Virus record (IMG/VR): IMGVR_UViG_3300045988_083430
Length of the DNA: 45,396 nucleotides
Strand: one strand, 5' to 3'
Source: a virus
Under the pieces are notes generated by a model. That model saw nothing but the letters and a program-made list of their open reading frames with translations. It did not search any database and was not told where the DNA came from. The position numbers were made by a program, and so were the translations under genes. Numbering within the stretch: the first letter of the stretch is position 1; every line of letters begins with the position of its first letter. This document shows, piece after piece, positions 26,843 through 34,688 of this stretch.

Positions 26843-26971
26843 ATGGGTTATTACACAGAAAAAGCCAAAGAAGTAAAGGCAAAACAGGAAGCAGAGCTTG
26901 CACAGTTGAAAGCAGCTTTGCAGACCATTGGCGTAGAAACAGAAGAAAAGGAGGTGACAGAAGATGCGTGA
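26843..26971 (+). CDS. 42-aa coiled-coil small protein (MGYYTEKAKEVKAKQEAELAQLKAALQTIG...)
   Basis: TAAATG-coupled to the upstream gene and overlaps the next ATG by 8 nt. Below the track cutoff. Confidence 0.45.
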   Translation: MGYYTEKAKEVKAKQEAELAQLKAALQTIGVETEEKEVTEDA

Positions 26972-27398
26972 TGACATTCAGAAACAGGCAGAACAGATTA
27001 GGACTAGCATGGATAATGTTTGTGGCAACCTCGCTGATGATGAAGCTATAAAGAACCTTATGCTGTTCCTGCCTTGGGAAGCTGATGTTGCCTATGTTGT
27101 TGGCGACAGACGCAGAGAAGCTGACAAGCTATATAAATGCATTCAGGCACACACTTCACAGGTTGGTTGGGAGCCGAGTAAAGTTCCTGCCCTGTGGACA
27201 GCAATTAACACGGGGCACGCTGGTTCAATTGATGACCCCATTCCTGCAAGCCGTGGCATGGAATATGAATACGGCAAGTACTACCTTGACCCGGAGGACG
27301 GCAAAACATACCTCTGCAAGCGTGGAAGTGAAACAGGCACCATTATCCTGCAGTACCTCCCGCATGAGCTTATCGGACACTACTTTGAAGTAGTTTAA
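26964..27398 (+). CDS. CBM5/12 (chitin-binding-type) carbohydrate-binding domain protein
   Basis: WEADVAYVVGDRRREADKLYKCIQAHTSQVGWEPSKVPALW closely matches the CBM5/12 consensus (..YKCxQxHTSxxGWEPSxVPALW). Confidence 0.7.
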   Translation: MRDDIQKQAEQIRTSMDNVCGNLADDEAIKNLMLFLPWEADVAYVVGDRRREADKLYKCIQAHTSQVGWEPSKVPALWTAINTGHAGSIDDPIPASRGMEYEYGKYYLDPEDGKTYLCKRGSETGTIILQYLPHELIGHYFEVV

Positions 27399-27446
27399 TA
27401 TATATCCTTTCAAGGCACTAAAATGCAAGAAAGGAGGACGATAAAC

Positions 27447-27716
27447 ATGCAGCCAGAATTATGGACGCTGATTGGTACAATATTTGTTGGTATTTGTTCT
27501 GTTCTTGGTGTGATAATTACAAACAATAAAGCCAATCGCGATTTTGATTCTAAGCTTGATAAAGCTCAAGCAATTACTGATTACAAAATAGAAGAACTAA
27601 CAAGAGAAGTAAGGCTACACAATGATTTTGCTAAACGCATTCCTGTTATAGAAGAACAAATGAAAGTAGCAAATCATCGTATAGAAGATATTGAAAAACA
27701 ACATGGAGGTAATTAA
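27447..27716 (+). CDS. BhlA/XhlA-like lysis-associated membrane protein
   Basis: One N-terminal TM segment (LWTLIGTIFVGICSVLGVIIT) followed by a coiled coil. AAGGAGG-N9-ATG. Precedes the holin and amidase genes. Confidence 0.5.
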   Translation: MQPELWTLIGTIFVGICSVLGVIITNNKANRDFDSKLDKAQAITDYKIEELTREVRLHNDFAKRIPVIEEQMKVANHRIEDIEKQHGGN

Positions 27717-27717
27717 A

Positions 27718-28029
27718 ATGGAAGAATTTGTTACTTGGGGTTCACTTGGTACTTATGCCGGTTGCGCAATGATGGTTACACTGATTACTCAGTTCTTGAA
27801 GCAGTTTAGCTTTATGAAGAACATTAACAGTCAGATTATTTCCTATTTTGTAGCTGTTCTTATTCTGATTGGTTCCCTTTGCTTCAGTCAGTCAGGTGAA
27901 CCTGTTAATCCCGAAACTGTTATCCTTTGTTTTGTAAATGCTGTTATCGTAGCTCTTGGTTCTAACGGTATTTATGACGGTGTAACAACTGGTATGGAAG
28001 CTATTCAGACTTATAAACATGAGGAGTGA
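27718..28029 (+). CDS. Holin (three predicted TM segments)
   Basis: 103 aa. Hydrophobic segments YAGCAMMVTLITQFL, IISYFVAVLILIGSLCF and VILCFVNAVIVALGS, charged C-terminus. Lies immediately upstream of the endolysin. Confidence 0.6.
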   Translation: MEEFVTWGSLGTYAGCAMMVTLITQFLKQFSFMKNINSQIISYFVAVLILIGSLCFSQSGEPVNPETVILCFVNAVIVALGSNGIYDGVTTGMEAIQTYKHEE

Positions 28030-28034
28030 TTTAG

Positions 28035-28730
28035 TTGGCAATTAGAGTTTATTTGTCACCTGAACGCAGACCAAAACCACATTCACCCTATTATGGTTAT
28101 CCTGGTATATACGAACATGATGTTTGCTGTGAAATAGCTGAATATACTAAAAACGCTTTGGTTCGTTGTGGTTTTGAAGTTAAAATAGCTTCACCAAACG
28201 ACAACATGAAAGTTAGAGTTGCTGAAGGTATTTCATGGAAAGCTAACTATTACATGCCAATTCATACAAATGCTGCTACAGCCACACTAAACGAAGGAAC
28301 AGCTCGTGGTCCTTGTGTGCTTAGATATGGCAAAGAAGGTGGTATTTCAGATAGGGCATGCAAAATAGTTTATAAACAGCTCATGGCGATTTATCCCAAT
28401 AAATCAAACAGAAGCAATCCTGTTTATGAACGCTCAGATTTCTATGAGATTGGTCAAACTCCCATGCTTTCTGTTTATCCTGAGCTTGCTTTCCATGATA
28501 ATCACGAAGATGCTGATTGGTTGGTTAACAATAAAAAAGAAATAGCTGAAGCTTTGTGTAAAGGTGTTTGTGAATGGTATTCAGTAAATTATGTAAATCC
28601 AGCATCTGAACCTACTAACACAGTTCCTAAAGCTAAATACGACGAAATAGTAAAAGAAAGAGACGCTTATAAGCAAAAATACGATTCATTGGTTATTTCA
28701 CTTACAAACCTTTATGAGTCACTTAAATAA
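28035..28730 (+). CDS. Endolysin, N-acetylmuramoyl-L-alanine amidase
   Basis: TTG start after GAGGAG. IHTNA and ELAFHDNHEDADW motifs typical of MurNAc-LAA amidases. Last gene of the late operon. Confidence 0.7.
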   Translation: MAIRVYLSPERRPKPHSPYYGYPGIYEHDVCCEIAEYTKNALVRCGFEVKIASPNDNMKVRVAEGISWKANYYMPIHTNAATATLNEGTARGPCVLRYGKEGGISDRACKIVYKQLMAIYPNKSNRSNPVYERSDFYEIGQTPMLSVYPELAFHDNHEDADWLVNNKKEIAEALCKGVCEWYSVNYVNPASEPTNTVPKAKYDEIVKERDAYKQKYDSLVISLTNLYESLK

Positions 28731-28748
28731 TATCCAGAGAAGCTACGT

Positions 28749-28832
28749 TGACTTCTGAGACATTTTTAGGTAATAAAGGTTAAATTATATACCCTTAGCC
28801 TAAGATGTTCTCAGAAGTCATTTTTGCTTTTC
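28749..28832 (+). terminator. Large structured terminator at the end of the late/lysis operon
   Basis: 12-bp stem tgacttctgaga/tctcagaagtca encloses a foldable 48-nt insert and is followed by tttttgcttttc. Confidence 0.6.
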
Positions 28833-28874
28833 TGGTGAAGTCCAAAATTATTTAAGTAAATTTCTCAAAAAGGG

Positions 28875-28903
28875 TTTACAAATCAAATAAAAAGTATTAT
28901 AAT
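28875..28903 (+). promoter_or_regulatory. Promoter P3 (TTTACA-N17-TATAAT) for the replication-module operon
   Basis: -35 at 28875-28880, -10 at 28898-28903. An 8-bp stem-loop (28909-28931) lies at the predicted 5' end of the transcript. Confidence 0.7.
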
Positions 28904-28952
28904 TGGGATGTAGCTCAGAAAAAGAGCTGCAAAACCCAGAAAGGAGTTAAAA

Positions 28953-29228
28953 ATGGCAACAAAACTGGAATTCCTTAAAAACATGGCGGTCGGAGACATC
29001 GTAGCATTTCGTTGTAAAGGTAAAATGCTATCAGCAAAGGTCGTCAAAATCGAAAGTGAGGTGCAGCTTAGCCCGAAAAACGAAGAGTACGATGTAGTAC
29101 TCGAAACACGGAACGGCTCTTGCTACTGTGTAATGCGAGAAGATATTGCATGGGTTCGCAAGGGAAACAGATGGCCTGATAGTATTTATCTGGCACTTAA
29201 AATGAAAAAGGAGCAAACAAATGGCTAA
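28953..29228 (+). CDS. Hypothetical protein (91 aa), first gene of the P3 operon
   Basis: AAGGAG RBS. No motif recognised. Confidence 0.55.
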   Translation: MATKLEFLKNMAVGDIVAFRCKGKMLSAKVVKIESEVQLSPKNEEYDVVLETRNGSCYCVMREDIAWVRKGNRWPDSIYLALKMKKEQTNG

Positions 29229-29715
29229 ACAGAAAACAGTAACGATTGACGATTTGCTTCAGGATTGTGTTAGCCTAAACAATCAAATCGCTGGACTTCA
29301 ATTGTTACTTAAGCAGAAAAAGGACAAAATCACAGAGTTTATGAAAGCTTCTGGTGAAACTAAGCTTAAATCTGATGGTGTTACATGCTATGTTCAAGAA
29401 AGAACTAAAGTTAACTATAATACCAAAAAGATGAGAGATGAGCTTCCGAAAGAAATGCTTAAGCAGTTTATTAAACGAGATGCTAAAATCTATGATACTA
29501 AACTGTTTCTTAAGCAATTGGCAGCTTCCGGTATTCCTTCAAGTACTTTTAAGGACAGCGTAGATTTTAATTATGTTGTCGACGAAAATGCTTTGAGTAA
29601 AGCATACGAAAAAGGCACAATTACTTTGGAGGACTTAGAGGGGTACTATGATGCAGAAACAACAAAAACAGTTGCATTCAGATTTACTGCAGAGCAACCC
29701 AGCTTCAAGACGTAA
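29221..29715 (+). CDS. Hypothetical protein with an N-terminal coiled coil (Gam/gp157-like architecture, unverified)
   Basis: 164 aa, AAGGAG RBS. No diagnostic motif. Confidence 0.45.
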   Translation: MAKQKTVTIDDLLQDCVSLNNQIAGLQLLLKQKKDKITEFMKASGETKLKSDGVTCYVQERTKVNYNTKKMRDELPKEMLKQFIKRDAKIYDTKLFLKQLAASGIPSSTFKDSVDFNYVVDENALSKAYEKGTITLEDLEGYYDAETTKTVAFRFTAEQPSFKT

Positions 29716-30661
29716 AGCTGAATTTATAGCTACCCTTAAGCATTATAATTTGTTAGAAATTTCAGAAACTAAATACAAGACAATTTGCCCATTTCACCAT
29801 GATAAGAATGCTTCGCTGATGATAGATATTGAAGAATCGAGATTTTACTGCTTCGGCTGCGGTGCTCATGGGAGCACACTTGAACTTATTAGTTTTTACG
29901 AGCCAGAGTTATCTACTATCAAGAAAATGATATTAGCTCATAGATATTTAAGAGATTCAGGTAAGCAAGAAAAATTAAGGGTATATATATATAATAATAT
30001 ATATAATAATAATATATATACTGAAGATAAAACCAATAATATATTAAACAGCAGAGATTATTATTTTGGTTTACCTATTACTAATTGGTATTTAGTTACT
30101 GATAATACAGATATGCAATATAAGCTATATTTACATGATAGAGGTTTTAAGTATAAAACTCTAAATGAAGTTGGTTGTAAATTAACTTATGATTCTAATT
30201 ATCCTATTATTTTTCCTATAAAAGATAACGGTATATTTAGAGGTTATGTATGTCGTACTACTAACAAAGAAATAGAAGCTAAACGTAAATATTTATATAA
30301 CAAAGGATTTAAGCGAAGAGATACTTTAGCAGGAGATTATTTTGGTAAAACAGTAATAATGGTTGAAGGCTTTATGGATATGCTTAAAGCTAAGCAATGT
30401 GGTTTTCAATCTGTTGTTGCTATTCTTGGTTGGAAATTAGCTGTTCCACAAATGGAGAAGCTAAAGAAAAAAGGAATAAAAAAGATAATCTGTGCTTTAG
30501 ATAACGATGACGCTGGAAATCGTGGATATGAATATTTACAGACTTTAGATTTTAAGGTCAAACGGCTTCAGTACCCTAATGGATGTAAAGATTTTGGAGA
30601 TATTACAGCAAAAACATTGCCCACAATCAGAAAACAAATAGATAATTTTGGAGGTTATTAA
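29648..30661 (+). CDS. dnaG: DNA primase, DnaG-type (CHC2 zinc finger plus Toprim), no helicase domain
   Basis: CPFHHDKNASLMIDIEESRFYCFGCGAHG zinc finger. Toprim motifs MVEGFMD and ALDNDDAG. Confidence 0.8.
   Translation: MMQKQQKQLHSDLLQSNPASRRKAEFIATLKHYNLLEISETKYKTICPFHHDKNASLMIDIEESRFYCFGCGAHGSTLELISFYEPELSTIKKMILAHRYLRDSGKQEKLRVYIYNNIYNNNIYTEDKTNNILNSRDYYFGLPITNWYLVTDNTDMQYKLYLHDRGFKYKTLNEVGCKLTYDSNYPIIFPIKDNGIFRGYVCRTTNKEIEAKRKYLYNKGFKRRDTLAGDYFGKTVIMVEGFMDMLKAKQCGFQSVVAILGWKLAVPQMEKLKKKGIKKIICALDNDDAGNRGYEYLQTLDFKVKRLQYPNGCKDFGDITAKTLPTIRKQIDNFGGY
29982..30020 (+). repeat. 39-nt A/T-only (TA/ATA) microsatellite-like tract inside the primase linker
   Basis: tatatatatataataatatatataataataatatatata encodes YIYNNIYNNNIY. 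aataatatat recurs three times between 29990 and 30055. Confidence 0.9.
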
Positions 30662-30662
30662 C

Positions 30663-31517
30663 ATGTCTGTTCTCGACACTATGAAAAATAAAATCAAGGA
30701 ATCTGGTTCTAACAAAAAGGAAATCGTTTATTTTGGTAAAGACAGCAAGCAGAAGTTTAGATTCCTTCAGGAGCTTGATACAGCTTATGAGTATGATGTA
30801 CATAGCTCTTGGAACGAAGGCTTTACTTCTATTTGTAAAGCTAGCCTGGGAGATGAATGTCCTTTGTGTGAAGATAATTCCATTGAGGATTTGAAGCTTC
30901 AGACTTATTTCGCCCTTTCTGTTTGGGACTATGAATCTCAGTCGGTTAGAATCATGTTCATGAAAGCTAACGGTATTTCTCCCATTCCTTCGCTGATTGA
31001 GTACTATGAAGAGTACGGTACTATTATGGACCGTGATTATACTATCAAGAAGCAAGGTTCTGGTATGGGTAGTTCTATGACAGTTCTTCCCGGTGAGAAG
31101 ATGAAGTTCTCTCAGAAAAATGTTAAACCTCTGAATCAGAAGCAGATTGAAAAGATTCTTCTTAAAGCATTCCCGATGCCTGGTGAAACAGCTAAGAACA
31201 ATGATGATGACGATGATGAAGATGAAGCTCCTAAGAAATCTAAATCTAAGTCTAAGAAGGAAGCACCCAAGAAAGCTAAGAAGGAGAAGAAAGACGATAA
31301 GAAGTGGCAGAAGGACCTTGAAGCTTGTGATGAAGATGAGCTGAAAGAAATTGCTATTGAGCTTGGCATGACGAAGAAGGAGCTCAAAGGCATTGAAGAT
31401 GAAGATGAGCTGTTTATGACTATCATCACTGACTATGAAAAAGATGATATTGTAGAAGCTTATAATTCTGTCATGAATGACGATGACGATGATGAAGATG
31501 AGGACGATGAAGACTAA
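30663..31517 (+). CDS. gp32-like zinc-containing ssDNA-binding protein with a Lys-rich/poly-Asp tail
   Basis: KFRFL..H..C...CPLC..YFALSVWDYES..VRIM parallels T4 gp32 (RFL, His + 3 Cys, YWANILVV). C-terminus DDDDDEDEDDED. Confidence 0.5.
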   Translation: MSVLDTMKNKIKESGSNKKEIVYFGKDSKQKFRFLQELDTAYEYDVHSSWNEGFTSICKASLGDECPLCEDNSIEDLKLQTYFALSVWDYESQSVRIMFMKANGISPIPSLIEYYEEYGTIMDRDYTIKKQGSGMGSSMTVLPGEKMKFSQKNVKPLNQKQIEKILLKAFPMPGETAKNNDDDDDEDEAPKKSKSKSKKEAPKKAKKEKKDDKKWQKDLEACDEDELKEIAIELGMTKKELKGIEDEDELFMTIITDYEKDDIVEAYNSVMNDDDDDEDEDDED

Positions 31518-31588
31518 GTAAAACAGAAAACTCCTGGATGTGGTAGAAATATCATGTCCAGGAGCTTCTATAAACAAAGGAGGATTTT

Positions 31589-31927
31589 ATGGTTACTCTA
31601 AATGATTTGTTTGATTATCAGGTCAAACTTCAAAAGATTTTGAATAATGTAAATTTACCTGACTGCAATGATGAAATGCTTGCTGAGTATGCTCTCGGTA
31701 TTTATACAGAACTTGGTGAAGCTTTAGCAATCAATAAGAACTGGAAGAAGTGGAGAGAAAAATCTGAATACGATACTTCTGAGTTCTTGGAAGAAATTGC
31801 AGACGTATGGATTTTTCTTATTAACTTCACTTTGGCTGCTGGTATGGACGCTGATGATATTATTTATGAAATCAACAGGAAGCAGCAGATTCTCAGTGAA
31901 AGGCTTAAAAACAAAGAAATTAGATAA
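31589..31927 (+). CDS. All-alpha NTP pyrophosphohydrolase (MazG / dimeric dUTPase-like)
   Basis: YTELGEA...WKKW...EEIADVWIFL: ExxE and EExxD metal motifs of the all-alpha NTP-PPase superfamily. Confidence 0.55.
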   Translation: MVTLNDLFDYQVKLQKILNNVNLPDCNDEMLAEYALGIYTELGEALAINKNWKKWREKSEYDTSEFLEEIADVWIFLINFTLAAGMDADDIIYEINRKQQILSERLKNKEIR

Positions 31928-31942
31928 ATTTACAAAAAGCTA

Positions 31943-31971
31943 TTTACTTTTGTTTTCATATGTGGTATAAT
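31943..31971 (+). promoter_or_regulatory. Promoter P4 (TTTACT-N17-TATAAT with TGn extended -10)
   Basis: -35 at 31943-31948, TG at 31963-31964, -10 at 31966-31971. Upstream aaaaagctaTTTAC. Confidence 0.65.
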
Positions 31972-32020
31972 GCAAAATGTAGTAAGTTAATCAGATTTGT
32001 AAACAGAAAGGAACACAGTT

Positions 32021-32242
32021 ATGTATTACGTTGAAACTAATTATTACTCGAGAAATAATGGTCATTCTTATAGGAGCTTTAGCTGCAAAGAAGATGCAAT
32101 AAAAGAAGCAGCTGCTATCTATTATGCAACCAAAGAAGAAGTAATAATTGGTGACAGCAATACAGGCTGTGTTCTTATTTGTTTTAACAAACTATCACAA
32201 CACGCAGATTTAATTAAAAAATACTTAGGGAGGCGGCTATGA
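32021..32242 (+). CDS. Hypothetical protein (73 aa)
   Basis: AAAGGAA RBS. ATGA-coupled to the next gene. Confidence 0.5.
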   Translation: MYYVETNYYSRNNGHSYRSFSCKEDAIKEAAAIYYATKEEVIIGDSNTGCVLICFNKLSQHADLIKKYLGRRL

Positions 32243-33189
32243 AAGGACTAATCGTTGTAGTAGAAGGACTCGAAAGGACTGGTAAAACTACTCTTTGTAA
32301 AGAATTTGAAAAACGTGGATTCGTTTATTTCAAGGATTTCAATCGAATCAATAAACACAATCGTATAGGAATGGAATCAAGGCTCGATACAACTCTTACG
32401 TTTCTTCAGAATCTTTCTGAAAATGGTGTAAATGTTGTAGTAGATAGACTTCATCTCTCAGAATATTCGTATGGAAATATTTTTAGAAATCTACAGGGAA
32501 CTGCATGTAATATTGATTATATCGATAATGCAATCAGTAAACTCAATTCAGTTCTTATTTACTGTAAAGGCAATGACTTTGAAGAATATAAAAAGAGAAT
32601 GCTTCTAAAATATACTCCTGAACAGGTAAAAAAGCTTTCTAATGAGTTCGAATATTATTTCGATAAATCTGAGATTAAGAATAAATTTGAATATGAATTT
32701 TCTCAGTATAATGCATCGGAATATGTTAATCTTATTTTTAAGTGTGTCGATTACTATGAATATGATTTCTATCTCGCTTCACCTTTCTTTAAAGATAGCC
32801 AAATTCAAAGGGAAGAATCAGTAAAAAACGCTCTTAGAAACGAAATGTATACGGTTTACTCTCCCAGAGAGAACGGAATTCTTACACCTGACGCAACAGA
32901 CGAAGTAAGAACAAAGATATTCAAAGAGAATTGTGAAGCTATTCAGAAATCTCATAGAATCTTGGCAATCACAGATGAAAAAGACATTGGAACAATCTGG
33001 GAAGCAGGTTACGCTTACGGTATCGGAAAAGAAGTTGTTTACTATGCCGAAACACTTGGAGACAATCCGTTTAATGTAATGCTTGGTAAATCTGGAATTG
33101 GTATTTTTACAAAATATAGTGATTTGATAGACGCAGCAAAAACAGGATCGTTCAACAATAAAAATGAGAAAGGATTGAATGTGCAATGA
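32239..33189 (+). CDS. Fusion of a P-loop dNMP/deoxynucleoside kinase-like domain and a nucleoside 2-deoxyribosyltransferase-like domain
   Basis: N-terminus VVVEGLERTGKTTL ... DRLHLSEYSY (Tmk/dNK-like). C-terminus FYLASPFF ... DIGTIWEAGYAYGIGKEVV (NDT/DNPH1-family motifs). Confidence 0.6.
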   Translation: MKGLIVVVEGLERTGKTTLCKEFEKRGFVYFKDFNRINKHNRIGMESRLDTTLTFLQNLSENGVNVVVDRLHLSEYSYGNIFRNLQGTACNIDYIDNAISKLNSVLIYCKGNDFEEYKKRMLLKYTPEQVKKLSNEFEYYFDKSEIKNKFEYEFSQYNASEYVNLIFKCVDYYEYDFYLASPFFKDSQIQREESVKNALRNEMYTVYSPRENGILTPDATDEVRTKIFKENCEAIQKSHRILAITDEKDIGTIWEAGYAYGIGKEVVYYAETLGDNPFNVMLGKSGIGIFTKYSDLIDAAKTGSFNNKNEKGLNVQ

Positions 33190-33746
33190 GAGGAGAATAC
33201 TTGGTTAAAAAAGATAGAGACATTCTTCAAAGAATGAGCTTTATGAAGCGATTTAACAACGAAATGCACTTTCATGATGAAAACGTAGCTGAACATTCTT
33301 TTTATGTTTCTGTATTTGCTATGATGCTTTGTGATGAACTTGCAGTATCAGCTAACATGAGAAGAGTTATTATCGAGAAAGCTATCATTCATGATATACA
33401 CGAGGTTGTGATCTCGGACGTTCCACATAACGTCAAAATGATCGAACCATCAATCTTGAAATTCTATACCAATTATGAGTCGAAGTACAACGCCTATCAT
33501 TTTGCTTCCCTGGTGCAGCTTTACGACAGCCTTGTTTTACATGACCGTCAGGTATGTGATGAGGTAGTTACACTGGCAGACATCATTTCAGTTATTCAAT
33601 ATGCACAGCTTGAGGTTTCCCTCGGTAATAAGAAGTTTGAAAAGATACTTGAAGGCGCTTGGGAAAGAGTTGATGATTGTTTCAGAAAGCTTACAGAGCT
33701 TGAAGTATATGGAATTGAACGAGTAATAGATTTTCTTAGAGATTAA
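33186..33746 (+). CDS. HD-domain 5'-deoxynucleotidase (YfbR-like)
   Basis: NVAEHSFYVSVFAMML ... AIIHDIHEVVISDVPHNVK matches YfbR-type HD motifs. Confidence 0.65.
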   Translation: MRGEYLVKKDRDILQRMSFMKRFNNEMHFHDENVAEHSFYVSVFAMMLCDELAVSANMRRVIIEKAIIHDIHEVVISDVPHNVKMIEPSILKFYTNYESKYNAYHFASLVQLYDSLVLHDRQVCDEVVTLADIISVIQYAQLEVSLGNKKFEKILEGAWERVDDCFRKLTELEVYGIERVIDFLRD

Positions 33747-33760
33747 AGGAGGAATAAACA

Positions 33761-34678
33761 ATGCCGGTAAATAATAATCTTAAACAATGCGGTTTCCCTA
33801 TGAATGTTAGGTTTGATGAAAAGCCTACTACAGTATTTAAGAACAATTTGGATTCTATCAAGGTAACGCTACTTGACCATCCTGATCAGGAAAATGCGAT
33901 TAACTATATGAGCATGTTCCTTGATGCTACATGGGTTGATACTCCTGCTGAATCAGCTAATATGAGTAAAGATAAGAAAATTCAGTATCTTAAAGACTGC
34001 ATTGCTGGTAAAGCTCTTCCTACAGCTTTGGAAACTATGCAGTTTACATTCCTTATTGAGGGCATTTCACTTCAGGAAGTAACTCATATTCTTAGAACTC
34101 GTACAGCTTCGTTCTCTGCTGACTGTTCTGCTGATAAGTGGTGGACTCATAAAGCTGCTTTGGTCCCTAATGCTATTCAGAATTCTCCTGAACTGTATGA
34201 ACGATATAAGAAACTTGTTGAAGAAACAAAACAGCTTTATTGCGACATTATTGATAGCAGACAGATTTCTATCATGGATGCTCGTTATATCCTCCCTCGT
34301 TGTTTGGAAACCTTCTATTATATGAGCATTGACTTTAAGAATCTTGTATCGTTCTTGCATCAGAGATTTGATAGACAGATTCAGCCAGAAACAGACAATG
34401 TTCTTGCTTATAAGATGTATGATGAACTTATTACAGCAATGCCCATTTTCAAAGGCTTGATTGATATTGATGAAGTTCCTCGTCATTGGGTTGCTACTTC
34501 TCGTACTGGTAAGTGCACTAACCTTTATAAGCCTGAAGAAAATGCAGATGTAATTGAATATAACGAAAATGATTTTATTTATAATGTAAAACGTTCAGAA
34601 CTTAATGGTACAAATCCTGGTGCTACTAATAAGTTCACTCAGTATTATAATCATTATAAAAAGAAATTCAGCGAATAA
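33761..34678 (+). CDS. thyX: ThyX-fold (flavin-dependent thymidylate synthase-like) protein with a divergent signature
   Basis: FTFLIEGISLQEVTHILRTRTASFSADCSAD aligns to the ThyX core FTFxIxGxSR....RHRxxSxxxxSxRY, but His, the Arg of SxR and other conserved residues are replaced. Confidence 0.55.
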   Translation: MPVNNNLKQCGFPMNVRFDEKPTTVFKNNLDSIKVTLLDHPDQENAINYMSMFLDATWVDTPAESANMSKDKKIQYLKDCIAGKALPTALETMQFTFLIEGISLQEVTHILRTRTASFSADCSADKWWTHKAALVPNAIQNSPELYERYKKLVEETKQLYCDIIDSRQISIMDARYILPRCLETFYYMSIDFKNLVSFLHQRFDRQIQPETDNVLAYKMYDELITAMPIFKGLIDIDEVPRHWVATSRTGKCTNLYKPEENADVIEYNENDFIYNVKRSELNGTNPGATNKFTQYYNHYKKKFSE

Positions 34679-34688
34679 GGAGAAATAA

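Noticed and set aside
28953-29715. Assigning the first P3-operon ORFs as anti-restriction (Ocr-like) or Gam proteins
   Set aside because: Only position and a coiled-coil N-terminus support this, with no diagnostic motif or acidic mimic composition. They are left as hypothetical.
31531-31564. Hairpin ctcctgga...tccaggag after the SSB gene as an intrinsic terminator
   Set aside because: It has only an 8-bp stem with an 18-nt loop and no U-tract. It may be a minor RNA structure, but the evidence is too weak to call.
30627-31577. 316-aa ORF on the - strand, the longest antisense ORF, plus 31136-31429 (-)
   Set aside because: It lies entirely antisense to the gp32-like SSB gene. Its sequence is low-complexity (I/F/L/S runs) and mirrors the GAA/GAT/AAG-rich sense codons. 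It has no RBS, and every other gene is on the + strand.
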